Source: Lingula anatina (lineage: Eukaryota > Animalia > Brachiopoda). Taken from it: a stretch of DNA of 64,000 nucleotides. Numbering within the stretch: the first letter of the stretch is position 1; each line of letters opens with the position of its first letter. This document shows, piece by piece, positions 26,209 to 38,000 of this stretch. The notes below the pieces were generated by a model, which saw only the letters and a program-made list of their open reading frames with translations, did not search any database and was not told the DNA's origin. The position numbers and the translations under genes were made by a program. The stretch is taken from the NCBI GenBank assembly GCA_051362555.1, contig CM120640.1, forward strand, positions 44,804,788-44,868,787, in the 5' to 3' direction.

Positions 26209-29200
26209 AACTGAAAGATTAAAAGTTTGAATAGCAGCTTCATTGGAATTATATTTACCTCTGCCAAGGAGGTTATATTTTCACCCCTGTTTGTCATCAA
26301 CATAACTCAAAAAGTTATGGACTGATTTTGCTGAAATTTTCAGGAACTGTCAGAAGTGGGCCAAAGAGGACAAAAATCAATAATAATCAACAATTGCTAC
26401 CTTGGCAGAGGTCTGCACTCTCGGAGTGCTTTTCTAGTTTTGTTGTTTTCCTTTATAATTTTTTCTCAAACACTTGCATTTGTGACTTTAAACTCTCATC
26501 CGCCTGAGACTCTGACATTTCTGTTTTTCCACATAAGCAGTTGTATTGTTTTTTATGTCTTTAAACATTATGTTACTTATGTAATATTATTTTATGCACT
26601 GTCATCATTTTTCAAATATTAAGACTTACATCATGTGAATTTGAACTCTCATGGTCCTGAAACTAATCTTATTGAAAGGGTAGATTGAGACCATCTTCTG
26701 GGACTTCCGGAAGACAGTCAGGTTATTAAGTTTATATTGCCTGGTATCTATTTTTTCTTCTGTTGGAAGACCATCAAAATGGAGGATGGATCAAAATAGA
26801 TACTTTGGAATACTGTCAGAAAATATCTCTGGGTCCGCTCATGTTATTGACCATTTTACCTGTTGTGCATGATTAAAATTCAGTGTTGACTGACAGTGCT
26901 ATTATAAGCATTATTTATTATTGCATCAAAATTGACAAAATGACCTATTTTGCATCTTTATTTTCTGTTTTTTGTCTGTACATTTGACAGCTTTGCTGCC
27001 TTGTTAATCTCTTGTTTTACAAGCTTGTAAATACTTGCTTGGTCTTTTGATAATAGAGATATTGCCAAAAAAGAAAATAAATGATAATGATTTTGACAAA
27101 AGACCAACCAGAAACATCTTTTTCTTATCATAAAAATCTGTGCCATGACTTATAAATAAATTAACTAAGCAATGAGTAATCATCTTCAATAAACGTTGGT
27201 ATATAAGTATCAGCAGAAAAACTTCATTCATTTTTCTACTTTCAAATCATAATTACAAATTTTAACTTTCTTCTGACCCCAGACATCACAATCTGGAAAA
27301 AAATAAGTTTGTAAAACATTACATGAAAAAGGTGGCCTTAAACTTGCTTTGCATACCGTTTTGCTGTCCTGTGGTTTGATTATTGCACATGAGGAGCACA
27401 GCTATCCTTGCCATTTTTTTCTTATCGCTAAAATGCTTAACTTCTGCCGTACTAAAATATTACATCTTGCCTCCAGGCTATAGATGACAGCTGCTGACAA
27501 CAAGGAGTAAAAAATGCTGAGTAGATATGAGAAATGTACTGATTCGCAAAGATTCACCAAAATCTGAAAAAATTGATACACTGAAACAATGGAAATATAA
27601 ATAGGAAAGACAAAGATTTTTCATTTATCTCACAATCTTCTCTACATCCTGCAAAACCATCCAAGGAAAGGAAAGCGTAAAAGAACTGTAAAAAACATAA
27701 ATAAAGAAAAGAAGAAAAAAAACTGGCTGTTTAAAAGTACTCTGGAATACATGCTATTTTTGATATGATCTTTATGTTGACAATGCATGCATTTGAATAG
27801 GAAGTCAGAGTATTACAAGCCAATTTGAACATGGTGAATCTTTCTGAAGGAGTCACTTCCATATGAAGAACACTACTCATTATTGTGTGTACCCCTCTCC
27901 AGTTTGTCTGTCCTTACTAATTTGTGGCATGCTCTCTTGCTTTGTTCTGTCTGACAGTGAGGAAGGTCCCAGCAGTGGGCAGGCTTTTAGTAGTCATAGT
28001 AGAAGGATGTAACCTCAAGACTCATGGCAACACTGGTAGGCAACTTAATATATTAAATTTATTATTGAGTGAATGCCAGTTATTAACATGGTTTGTAATT
28101 AGGGGACAAAATGATTTATCAATCCAATGATTAGTTTACACTAATATACCATTCATTGTATGCTCTTATAAAAGATCATACATTTTATTTGGAATTTTTG
28201 TAATACTCATATTTTAATGATTATGGTTAGCAGATTTTAAATTGATTTCCAGCAGTTAAGAATAATCTAGTTCTGAAGATTGAATTATAAATTAATGAAT
28301 AGTCAAAACATTAGTTCACTTTTATATGTGTGTAATGCTTGACCTTGTGTCTCATTTGATTAAATTTGCTAGTGTTTGCACAACCTCTTATAGCAAATTT
28401 TCAAAAAGAAATTAAACACATAAAGTCAGTGAAAATAATAAAAGGTACAGGTTTCCTAAATAAAATTTTTAGTTTTTTTAAAAGCAGATTCACCTTTGTA
28501 GTAACTTTAAAAAAGGAAAATGTCCATTACAGAAAGGTTATAAGATTAATATTCCGATTCCTAGGCAAGAGTGACCCCTACTGTGAGGTGAGCATGGGTT
28601 CTCAGGAACACAAGACGAAAGTGATCAACAGCACCCTAAATCCCAAGTGGAACTCCTCCATGCAGTTCACGGTGAAGGATGTCAAGGAGGATGTGCTGTG
28701 TATCACGGTGTTTGACAGAGATTTGTTCACACCAAATGGTGAGAAAATGGTGTGTGTGTGTTTGAGTGTGTGTGTGTGTGTGTGTTAAAGGTACATTGAC
28801 AATCATCAAGGGGAGTGTCTCTAAGATGGACACCCAGCAAATGAGCTGCATAAACCAAGATGATATAACAAATTATGCTGGCTTTTAGTTTAATTTAGTC
28901 TTCCAGGTCCAGTTTCACAATGAAAGTCAGAAGTTGGTCTTAATTTTAAGACAAAAACTTTGTTTTATTTCAGGACAGGTTTCGATCTGCATTAGTTCAC
29001 TAAAAGAAAGTAACTATCAGACTTAAAAGTTATTTACTTTTTGTAAAACAGATTCAATATCCCCATTACATGGGCTGTTACTTTTTTTTAAGTACAAAGA
29101 AATTTTGGGTCTTAAATTGTTGGTCAAATTTAGTCAAGTTCTTTTTGGGACAGATCCCCCTGAATGAATCTTAGTGTGGTTGATTAAGTTGCATTTTACC

Positions 29201-29555
29201 CTACAGACTATGATCACTTAGTGAATCTGTGGAAAATCATACACAATTTCACTCACAGGATGTAAGTAGATCAATAATCAGCATGTTTTCAAATATATGC
29301 TTGTGGTGTTTTAGTATGTCTATTTGATATGCAATACTAACAATACATTGTGTATGAAGTCTGATTGATATGACAGTTTCATTCAGATTTTTTTATCTTA
29401 TAGACTTCTTAGGAAGGACAGAGATAAGGATAGCAGACATCTTGAAAGAAAACAAAGAAAAGAAAGGTCCAGTCACCAAAAGGCTTCTGCTCCATGAAGT
29501 GGAGAAGGGAGAAGTTGTTGTCAAGTTAGATATTCAACTTTTTGAGTCCAGCTAG
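46..29555 (+). CDS. ITSN1: Intersectin long isoform, 3' part (end of coiled coil, SH3A-E, DH, PH, C2); 5' end lies upstream of the window
   Basis: Frame-consistent exons: 46-125 (GC donor), 320-565, 770-861, 1176-1321, 1646-1757, 5049-5207, 5621-5688, 5843-5961, 6323-6495, 7655-7685, 7914-8035, 12207-12378, 12731-12946, 16651-16772, 16979-17085, 17329-17401, 17625-17732, 18126-18224, 18498-18665, 18936-19007, 19276-19416, 19672-19793, 20055-20137, one of 20965-21045 / 21776-21859 / 27958-28035, then 28565-28738 and 29404-29555 (TAG). Motifs: [15 protein letters not shown]...GEPGW...GWFPEAYV (SH3A), [15 protein letters not shown] (SH3B), [23 protein letters not shown] (SH3D), [17 protein letters not shown] (DH), [10 protein letters not shown]...TLNPKWN...DFLGRTEI (C2). 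ITSN1 versus ITSN2 cannot be resolved; probably a single invertebrate ortholog. Confidence 0.95.
2135..4598 (+). mobile_element. Non-autonomous Helentron-like element (HINE/DINE-type), family A, copy 1 (internal dimer)
   Basis: 5' palindrome TATGTACAGACACA-GA-TGTGTCTGTACATA, (GCCGAT/GTCGCC)n microsatellite, ~160-bp internal repeats, 3' subterminal TGTCTGTACAT plus GACAGCTTTGCTGCC stem-loop, T-rich flanks. Confidence 0.8.
5993..6027. repeat. (GA)n microsatellite
   Basis: Read directly. Confidence 0.95.
6975..7046 (+). CDS. Candidate 72-nt cassette exon of ITSN between SH3C and SH3D ([24 protein letters not shown])
   Basis: Long pyrimidine/TG-rich tract and CTGACCAG acceptor at 6974; GCA|GTAAGA donor at 7047; phase 0/0 like the flanking exons; open frame. 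Confidence 0.5.
8717..10670 (+). mobile_element. Family A element, copy 2, nested in family B
   Basis: Same 5' palindrome, (GTCGCC)n, ~160-bp repeats and 3' end as copy 1. Confidence 0.85.
11032..11862 (+). repeat. Tandem array of ~5.7 copies of a 146-bp unit
   Basis: TATCTCCAAAACTGGCAGAGATAGG starts at 11032, 11178, 11324, 11470, 11616 and ~11761. Confidence 0.95.
13394..16016 (+). other. Putative alternative terminal exon / 3'UTR of the short intersectin isoform (ITSN-S)
   Basis: Pyrimidine tract and TAG acceptor at 13391-13393 followed by GA. The SH3E exon ends in T (12946), so splicing creates T|GA. AATAAA at 13498 and 16011; the 3' end is uncertain. Confidence 0.65.
20965..21045 (+). 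CDS. ITSN C2 alternative exon A ([28 protein letters not shown])
   Basis: CTAG acceptor, G|GTAAG donor, 81 nt, phase 1/1; homologous to the start of the intersectin C2 domain. Confidence 0.85.
21776..21859 (+). CDS. ITSN C2 alternative exon B ([29 protein letters not shown])
   Basis: CAGTAG (NAGNAG) acceptor, G|GTAAG donor, 84 nt, phase 1/1; long C/T tract at 21661-21730. Confidence 0.85.
22381..23640 (+). repeat. Tandem array of ~8 copies of a ~161-bp unit inside family A copy 3
   Basis: Unit starts at 22381, 22542, 22703, 22865, 23027, 23190, 23361 and ~23526; core CAGGTCAAGTTCGAAAATCAGCATGATCGG. Confidence 0.9.
26158..26206. repeat. (TA)n microsatellite
   Basis: Read directly. Confidence 0.95.
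26255..26440 (+). mobile_element. Short non-autonomous Helentron-like element, family C, nested in family A copy 3
   Basis: ACCTCTGCCAAG ... CTTGGCAGAGGT subterminal inverted repeats, 3' hairpin GCACTC-TCG-GAGTGC, end CTAGTTTT. Confidence 0.75.
27958..28035 (+). CDS. ITSN C2 alternative exon C ([27 protein letters not shown])
   Basis: ACAG acceptor after TACTAAT and a pyrimidine tract, G|GTAGG donor, 78 nt, phase 1/1. Confidence 0.85.
28750..28785. repeat. Imperfect (TG)n microsatellite just after a C2 exon donor
   Basis: Read directly. Confidence 0.9.
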
Positions 29556-30366
29556 CCACAAAAGTATGACTGTGTATAAAGATTTCAAATAACAAAATGA
29601 CAGTGAAAAAATTTACTCCTTTTTGTGTAGTTTCATATGTATATCTGAAACTGAAATTGTGGCCCTGAAAGCTAACCATTGTATGACACTGTAAAATGAC
29701 TAATTTAAAATCAAATTTATTTTTGTGTAAACACAAATGTCAAATTTAAGCGCTGACATAAATATTCACCAAAAACATATTTTCTTGAATACTTTATCAT
29801 TAATATTGATCATTATGGATAAATGGTAAAATCTTGTGTTTTATAACTTGTAAGATCTACATTTTTGGTGAGAAATCCTCAGCGTTTACAACATTTTGCC
29901 TTCAAAATGTGTTAAAGCAAAGCTAGATTAATCAGTGGCATCAATGAAACTTATGTATCGTAGCCTTTTCTGTCTTCTAATGCTCAACTCTTCTCATTCC
30001 TTTGGCTGTTTGTGTTGTCAGGCATAAACTCTTCATGTCACCAATTTTTTGTCAAATGATATTTTTTATAATTGCTTCTTGGACTGCTGTGATTGATGTA
30101 CATGTTTACATATATGTTCAAATCCTCGCTTTTCTCACTGCCATACTGTGTCACATTTTGGTGTTCTCACCTTTTTATCCCTTTGTATGTTTGTTTTCCC
30201 TTTTGTCACTTTTATTCAGAGACATTCTGTATGGTTTAAAGATGTTAACTGAAGAAGAGCTTACTGTAAAGATAAAGAAGTCTGTATATTAACTGTTTGT
30301 TTACTTGAAGGTATGTGCATGTACACACAAATGCACAGGCACATTTCCCATGCCACAAAATTATCT

Positions 30367-30420
30367 GTATGTTATGTTAATAAGTGAGACAATGTATGTT
30401 ATGTTAATAAGTGAGACAAT
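30367..30420. repeat. Perfect 27-bp tandem duplication
   Basis: GTATGTTATGTTAATAAGTGAGACAAT occurs twice in tandem. Confidence 0.9.
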
Positions 30421-32215
30421 CTACTAATGGTAGCATTAGATTCAGTAGAAAATCATTTAATCATTCCAGTGAGAGTCATCAAGTGTTATACCTCAGTCTA
30501 AAGAATTGCGCAGATGTGAGGGTAAATGATTGTGCCATGAAAGATTCTGTAAACCTCTCTTCTACGAGATGTTTTATTTATATCCTCTTATTCTGTATAT
30601 GAGAGGTGTATTAAAGAGGACAAGTGGTGCTGAAACGATGAGAAGTTACACATCCAAGGGAACTGTTACTATTAAGTGCGCAATTGCTTGCCAATATTCA
30701 ACTTCATGAGATATTAATTTAAAATAAATGTTATTAGACTGACTATTGTAATGGATTCTGTGTAAATACATATGGGTCATTCCACAAAAAGTGGCTCTCA
30801 AGGAACTGCCAATTATTCCTTAATTTTGTGTTATAATATATTTGCATAACTGTTTTGAACTGCTTTTTAATGACTTATTTTTTTCTATGTTGGAGGGTAC
30901 AAAAGTATTAAATGGTGAAAAATAATGAGACAAATCAGAATTATGCAAATTATACTCAAAATGAAGGTGAACTGGCATTCATCAGAGTCAGTTTTTTGTA
31001 AACCGTATTAATTTAGTACTTGTTTAAGAGCATAGATAAATAACCTTAGGCCAAGGGGGTAAGAAATTGTCACAAATTACTCTATGAATCATGTTTTACT
31101 TCCTCTTCTGAAGTTTATCTGTCTAAAATGCGTTTCACCTTGTACTCATTAGTTTTCTGAGCCATTTCTTGAATTTTGGTGCTCCTCGAAATTGATTAGC
31201 ATATCTTGCCATAGCAATTCACAAGCCTCCATGCTTGATCTCAAATGCTGATGTTCTTTAGTGCATATTATTAAGTTCAAAATGTTTTAGATATTATGGT
31301 TATAATTCACAAAACTACACTATACAATTTACAGTGAATCCTATACTATAACCATATATAATTTGCCCATCTTATATCTGTCATGCTTTGGTTGTAAAAT
31401 GATTCTCTCAGAACCTTGACATAAGCACAACAACATATTCTTGAAGACCATAGTATTTTCAGAATATATTGAGTGCAAAATTCTCACATTTGTTGTAGTG
31501 TTAGCATTTTGAGGACTACCAAAGAATTCTTGTGTAAAGTGGTAAAAATATTGTTAAAATCTAGTGGGTAATTTTGTAAAACCTATAAAGTTAGAACAAA
31601 ATTAAACATTATATGGTGATCAGACAAAGCAAGAGGTTGAAAAGATGAAAAGCAAACTGTCCCCTGAGATGGGGAAGGAGATGTAAAAGAAAATATTATT
31701 TTACAGAAATAAATAAATTATTGGAACAAACATTAAAGAAAGTGATTTGTTAACTTTCTCTTTGAAAATAAACTTTTTATAAGCACTGTTGCCTTGTAAC
31801 ATCAAGACTAAGGACAGCTGTCCAAAATATCTATGCACCCAATACAATTTGAGCAGAGAAAACTGACAGGAGTCTCTTGTTTGGTATCTCTGAGGACAAC
31901 ACAAGGACTCCATTTCACTTTTTAGTGAAATTAATTACCTACTCTGCTGTAGACGAGACCTTTGAGGGTGCCCATAGGGCTTTTCTTACGAAGGTGCTAG
32001 TGCAAATAAAAAATGTCAAAGGTGATGGATCATTTGGGGTTTTTATGAATTTAAAAGCGACATTGCACCTTATTTTTGTTACCTTGACACCACGATATCT
32101 AAAGCCCCATAAAGGTCTGTGGCTTGACAAGTGTATCACAGCATACTTTCTGGCTTTTGTTTTTACATGCATTTTAGGGGCTGAATAAAATTTCTTGTAA
32201 TCCAATAAAAATAAT

Positions 32216-34043
32216 ACAAGGCAGCAAAGCTGTCAAATGTACAGACAAAAAGCAGGAAATAACTATGCACAAAATAGGCTACTGTCAATTCTGATGCAAA
32301 AGTACATTATGTTAAACTGCAAATTCAACATCAAATTTTAATTATGCTCAACAGGTAATACCAATGTAAGTAAAATGTGTAACAAGCATAAGGCTTCAGG
32401 CCCATGGGAGTTCAAGTTCGCACTTTGAAAATGTATAACTTCCAGAAAAAGAAGCCAATTAGACTGTTTTTCCAACTCAGGCTGCATTTTTAGTCCTGTA
32501 TTTCTTTTTTGAAAGTTTGGCAATCATAAGTAACATGGTTTTCCCATAATGGTCATCATGGCAGCAGCACCCAAAATTGTGTTTTCTTCTATTCTGATGC
32601 AATATTACATAATGGTTAACAGCATAATGACCGTCAATTTTTAATAATAAAATATACGTATGATGTATTTTCAGAAAATGTGACTAGCATGGGTATTCAA
32701 GCCCGTGGAACTTCAAAGTCACACCTTGAAAATGCCAATATGTGAAAAATTAAAGTTTCACAAAAAAACTGTTTAACTGGCAGTAAGAATTACCAAACAG
32801 ACTGCATTGCCTACTGAAGCTGTATTTTAGTCCCAGGTTTCTTTCCTGTAAGTTTGAGAACAGTAAGTGACATGGTTTTTCTGAAATGGTCATCATGGGA
32901 GCAGTGCCCAAAATATGTTTTTTTCAAAATTGATGCAATATTACATAATGTTTAACAGCATAATGACCATCAATTTTTAATAATAAAATATTAGTATTAT
33001 GGATATTCAGAAAATGTGATTAGCAAAGGTCTTCAGGCCCATGGAACTTCAAAGTCAAAACTTGAAAATGCCAAAATGTAAACAAGACAGCACTGTTCTG
33101 AAATGTTTTTTTCCCCATTTTTAACAATTTTTAACATAAAACAAAATTAACAGTTTACTGCCCTTTTTATATGATCAACTAAGAAAATTGATGAGATGGG
33201 AAAAATATCAATAGAGCAGTGTTAAATGTCCAATTTCCTCCATTCTGAGATTCTCAACATAGTGAATGATTGAATCTGACAAACTGAAATGATTTGAGTT
33301 TACTTCCATTTTTGACACTTTATTACACAATACAAGATATTAAGTTTACCATCATTTTTACATAATCAACTAACAATGTTGTAAAGATGCAGGAAATGTC
33401 AAACAAACACTTTTACGTATCTAATTAGTTAAATAATAAGGCTATTAACATGCCTAAGAACTGAATCTGAGGAAATGTGAAAAAAACAGCATAACGTCTA
33501 AAATAATGGCCCGATTATGCTGATTTTTGAACTCAACCTGCATTTTAGCAGGATTGACCACTCCTGTAGGTTTAATGACAATTGGCCTGTTTTTCTTATA
33601 TTGTGTTTACAGTGTTGCATATATGCTGAAAAGTGGAAAACAAGCATAACTACTAAAATAGTGGCCCGATCATGCCGATTTTAAAACTTGACCTGCGTTT
33701 TAGTAAGATTGATTACTCCTGTGAGTTTCATGACAACAGACCTAACGGTTTTCCTTAAAATGTGTTTACAGGGTTGCATATATGCTGAAAAGTGAAAAAA
33801 CAGCATAACTTCTACTATAATGGCCCGATCATGCTGATTTTCGAACTTGACCTGCGTTTTATGAATATTCATCAGCTCTGTAAATATAAAAGCAAAAAAT
33901 AAAACTGTGTTCCACTTATCGTGTTTACAAGGAAAGTGCACGGCATCGGCATCGCCATCGCCATCGGCATCGCCATCGGCGACGACGGCGACGACAGACG
34001 CAGGTGATGGCAATATGTACAGACACATCTGTGTCTGTACATA
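32216..34043 (-). mobile_element. Family A element, copy 4 (between the convergent ITSN and PATL1 3' ends)
   Basis: Reverse complement of the family A termini and interior. Confidence 0.85.
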
Positions 34044-34180
34044 ATAAAAAAGTGTCTGAAATAAATAATTAAATGGGCATGATTCATTGTCATATGATTT
34101 GAAAATCAACCTAATATGCAATTTTAATTCGTTGAAGTATCTAGACAAATAACCCCAAAACGGAAATTTACACCGAATCT

Positions 34181-34186
34181 TTTATT
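34181..34186 (-). terminator. Candidate PATL1 polyadenylation signal
   Basis: AATAAA on the minus strand ~850 nt after the stop, followed by a GT/T-rich stretch. Confidence 0.45.
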
Positions 34187-35032
34187 ACTGCCTAATATTA
34201 AAAAAAATAAACTTTTTTCAGTAAGCTCTACAAATGTGTACAAAATGACCTTTTTCAAGGAAAACATTCCATACAGTAGTGGGTCTGGTTCTAGCATAAC
34301 AAATGTCGCCTGGGCTTAACATATACCGCCCCACAGACCTACTGCCATTGCACAGGGCTAATAATATAAACCATCTAGAAATTATCAGCAGCATTTAAGG
34401 CTTTCAGTAGAAAATGAAAAAATCTAAATAATAATATACTGACATAGAAAACAAATCCAGCTGTACACTATCATTAATGCAAGCCATGAGTAAAATCATT
34501 CAAACCTATGCAGAAACACTACATTCAAAGGTCATTTGTTCTTGACAACTGGATGTCAATAATATGCTATATTTTTCCAATATGTTCCTTCTTATCACCA
34601 CGTTTAAATGGACTTGAAGTTGACTTCATATATGCAAAGATGTAGTATCAATCATCCAGTTTTCATAAATCGCATATTACAAATTTAACACATCATAAAA
34701 ATTAACAAAAACTTTTCGACCTGAAAAATGTAGCTGTTTTAAGAAACAGTTTCACCAAATGAACATCTTAAAGCTTTCACAAAAACGATGCAAATTAAAC
34801 ACAGTGCAGATCTCACTTGATGTGAAACAAGACTTTAATTAATTTGAAACTTAATTAGAAAGACAGCACAGCTCCCTTTAAAACAAATCTAAAAAAAATC
34901 AAATCCTTTGAAAAAAAATCTGTAAGTAAATTTCAATACTATTCATATATTAAGCTCCCATCTGTTCTTTACTACAAGGGAACTGAGAAAATTATCTGCT
35001 CTGAACATGATTTGCTGTTTAGAGTTATCCTT

Positions 35033-38000
35033 TCACGAAGATGTCTGTTTCATTGAACACAACTTTTCCAATTTGCTCTCAATTTCCAGGTAGATATTCT
35101 TATTGGCCAGTCTCTCTAGGTGGGGTGGCACTTTTGGAAATGATTGCATGGAAACAGCTAAACTGCCTTCTGCTGTTTTTCCAACAACCTCTGCTATTCT
35201 GTTAACAAATGATGACCTAAAATAAAAATAACACATTAGCTGGAGGAAAAATGAAAATAGGAGAGATGAAAGGGAAGCAAAATATAATTGCCTTGACTCT
35301 TGCATACATGAAAAGAGTAAGCTACAGTAATAATATGCTGAACCTACCACTTGTCTTGTAGCTGATTATCCTGACTGTCCAGAGGATCCTCCTCATGTAA
35401 GGTCTCAGCTCTACTCAGCATACTGTAAACTGTAGATGCTCCAAACTGAAAGAGAATGAATAGTTTTGTAAAGGGTTGTTTGAAATGTTAGAGACTGTTC
35501 CAGGGCTCCTTGTGCAAATTACTGACTTTTGGCCAACACAACATCACCTACGGATTAAAATGCTTTGTTCGTGAGCACATAAAAGACATTTCATTTCAGT
35601 CCTCATGGCAGGATTGGAAAGGAACATTAAAGGTTCTGTACATGGTCCAAAGCAAGCTACCCATGAGTAAGTGCTGTATAATGAACTCGGTGGTGAACCA
35701 CTCTAAACCCCATTCCCATAGACACCATGGGTCTTTGTAGATCAATTCAACTCTGCAGGGACTCTTGCTGAGTGCAATCAGCTCCAGTGAATGACATACC
35801 TCCTTGTTTCTTATGCACTCATATTCTGTATGCTACTCAACACCAGGAGGCAGGGTCATTAAGTCAAGCCGACTGCACTCAGCAAGAGTCCTAGCAGAGT
35901 TGAACCAACCCACATGGACTGATGGTGTTTCCTGGGAATGGGCCTAAAAAAAGCATTCTAATAATTACTGTGGGTTTCTCTTTAACAATACCATCACTGT
36001 CTTGTATGTAGACAGGGATCTTTCTACACATACCTTGTTCTGCAAGATGAGTCCTATGCTATCTTGTTGTCCTGATTTCTGTACTGTACACAGACTTTGT
36101 GCAAATCTTCCCAGCAGTTCCATGTCCACAGCACTAATAGTTCTGTGTACTGGGTCATGGAGATGGTGCAACACCTAAATTTGGGAAAAAAAGGCACTGA
36201 TAACGACAATAATGGAACAGAAGGCTTTCGCCTAATATATTTAATAAAAAAGAATATAAGCTGTGGTCTTAAATCAGTTTAAAAATTGAAATCTACCCTC
36301 CCCCCTTTCAATACCACCTCCTCCAAAAATATGTCTACATACACCAAGAAAAAAAGTTAAAGCTTTACCTTGTCTGTCTGATCCTTTTTAATCAAGTGAG
36401 CTAAGTGTTGGATGACAGCAGACACTATGGACTGGTTTTGTTCCTGTAAAGTAAAGACAATCTCAATTAAGACACACAAATCATAAAATGGTGTGTATTA
36501 CACAATTTCAATAAATTTAATTTGTATAGTTTTGTTTTTCAATTTGAACCAAGAATATTAACAAAACCCACTTTATTTTGATACAAACAATTTATTATTT
36601 GGACCTTAACACATTTTCCTGACACTTGATAAATCTCAGTGAATTATCTTTACTAGACAGAGTTGCAATGGGCTTTGATTTAGAACCCTTGTTCTTTGTA
36701 ATAAGCTCATTTGTTGCAAGTGGAAATGGGTAGAAACCATTTCATCTTATGCTGGTATTGCTTACCTTATCAAAAAGTGTCATACTCCTAGCTACTAACT
36801 TCTTGCCTTTTCTAATGATCATCAGGTGGGTGAAACGATCATCATCAACATGCAGTTTAGTATACAGCTCTCCAATTTTAGACCTCCTCTCCTGGAGAAG
36901 TGGTTTGCTAAAATTAAAAATCATAAAATATTTTTACCAAGACTGTGTATATTTGCTGGAATATAAAACTCTCCAGTTCCAATTTTATCAAAAAAACTGG
37001 TTTGAAAATTTCTTCAGCTCTAAAAATATTATCAAAACAATTAAAATATAATTCCATCCATGATAATGTTCAGAACTGTATATACATATATTTCTTCTGA
37101 AAGTCTATTTAGCATACCTAGCCTCATCTGGGAGAGCAAGGACTTTCTTTTCAATATCTTCAATGTCCAGTAACAATGTATATGCCTGGCAAAACAAAAA
37201 GAAAAAAAAATATATATATATATTTTTTTATAATTTTAAAATCATCAAATTATTTACTTGTCTCCAGAAATATTCTTGGGGCATTTTTGTTCAATTCATC
37301 TTTTATCTATACATATATCTATGACATCAATAAATTGCTGTCTAGAATTTAACATATTGCAAATGACTCTCCATTCTTTCTCCATCCTTGAACACTCACA
37401 AGTTCAACATCAATGAGAATTTCCCTGTATTTTCTAAGATCTTTTCCCTTATACTCTCCTTCCTCAGCATGGGTATGGGGACTGCTGGCAATGTCCAAGA
37501 TCTGACGAGGATTGTGAACACTGGATGATGTCAGCCGACCAAGAGCATTCTCAAACTGGGCTGAAGTCAAAGACAGGACAAGTAAATATTTCACTGATTA
37601 CAAAGATAAAGGATGAAAAATAAAAGCAAACAGTGTCCATCTGTTTTTAAATTTGAATGATGGACCATCAAACAAAATGTAAATTAAAGTTTTTCAAGAC
37701 TAAAAAAGTATAATTCGTGTAAGAATAACTAATTCAGCAAAAATCATCGATCTATCTTCATTACCATGTCCACCAGGTTGATCAAATCACACTTAGCTGT
37801 GAGCAATACCTTTGGCTCAACTCACAACACAAAACTGAAATTCACTGAAGGTTATAAAACTGAGCACTCTTAAAGTTTGTGGGAACGATTACACAACGAA
37901 CCTGGCCTGTAAGTCCTTGTTTCCACTTTTGCTATCTGAGGCAGCAATAATTTTGGCTCCTTGGATTCTTCCTCTTCAGCTTGAGCAGCCTGCTGGGCTT

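Larger units (their letters stand above)
22272..27005 (+). mobile_element. Family A element, copy 3 (long variant with an expanded satellite)
   Basis: Same termini as the other copies; longer and more divergent interior. Confidence 0.85.
22261..27337. mobile_element. Short MITE (TIR GGCCACCTTTTT, TTAA-like flanks) interrupted by family A copy 3
   Basis: ATTA-GGCCACCTTTTT at 22257-22272 and AAAAAGGTGGCC-TTAA at 27326-27341. Confidence 0.55.

Noticed and set aside
30714-32200. Possible decayed DNA transposon starting GGGTCATTCCAC
   Set aside because: No matching right TIR or coding remnant recognisable by eye.
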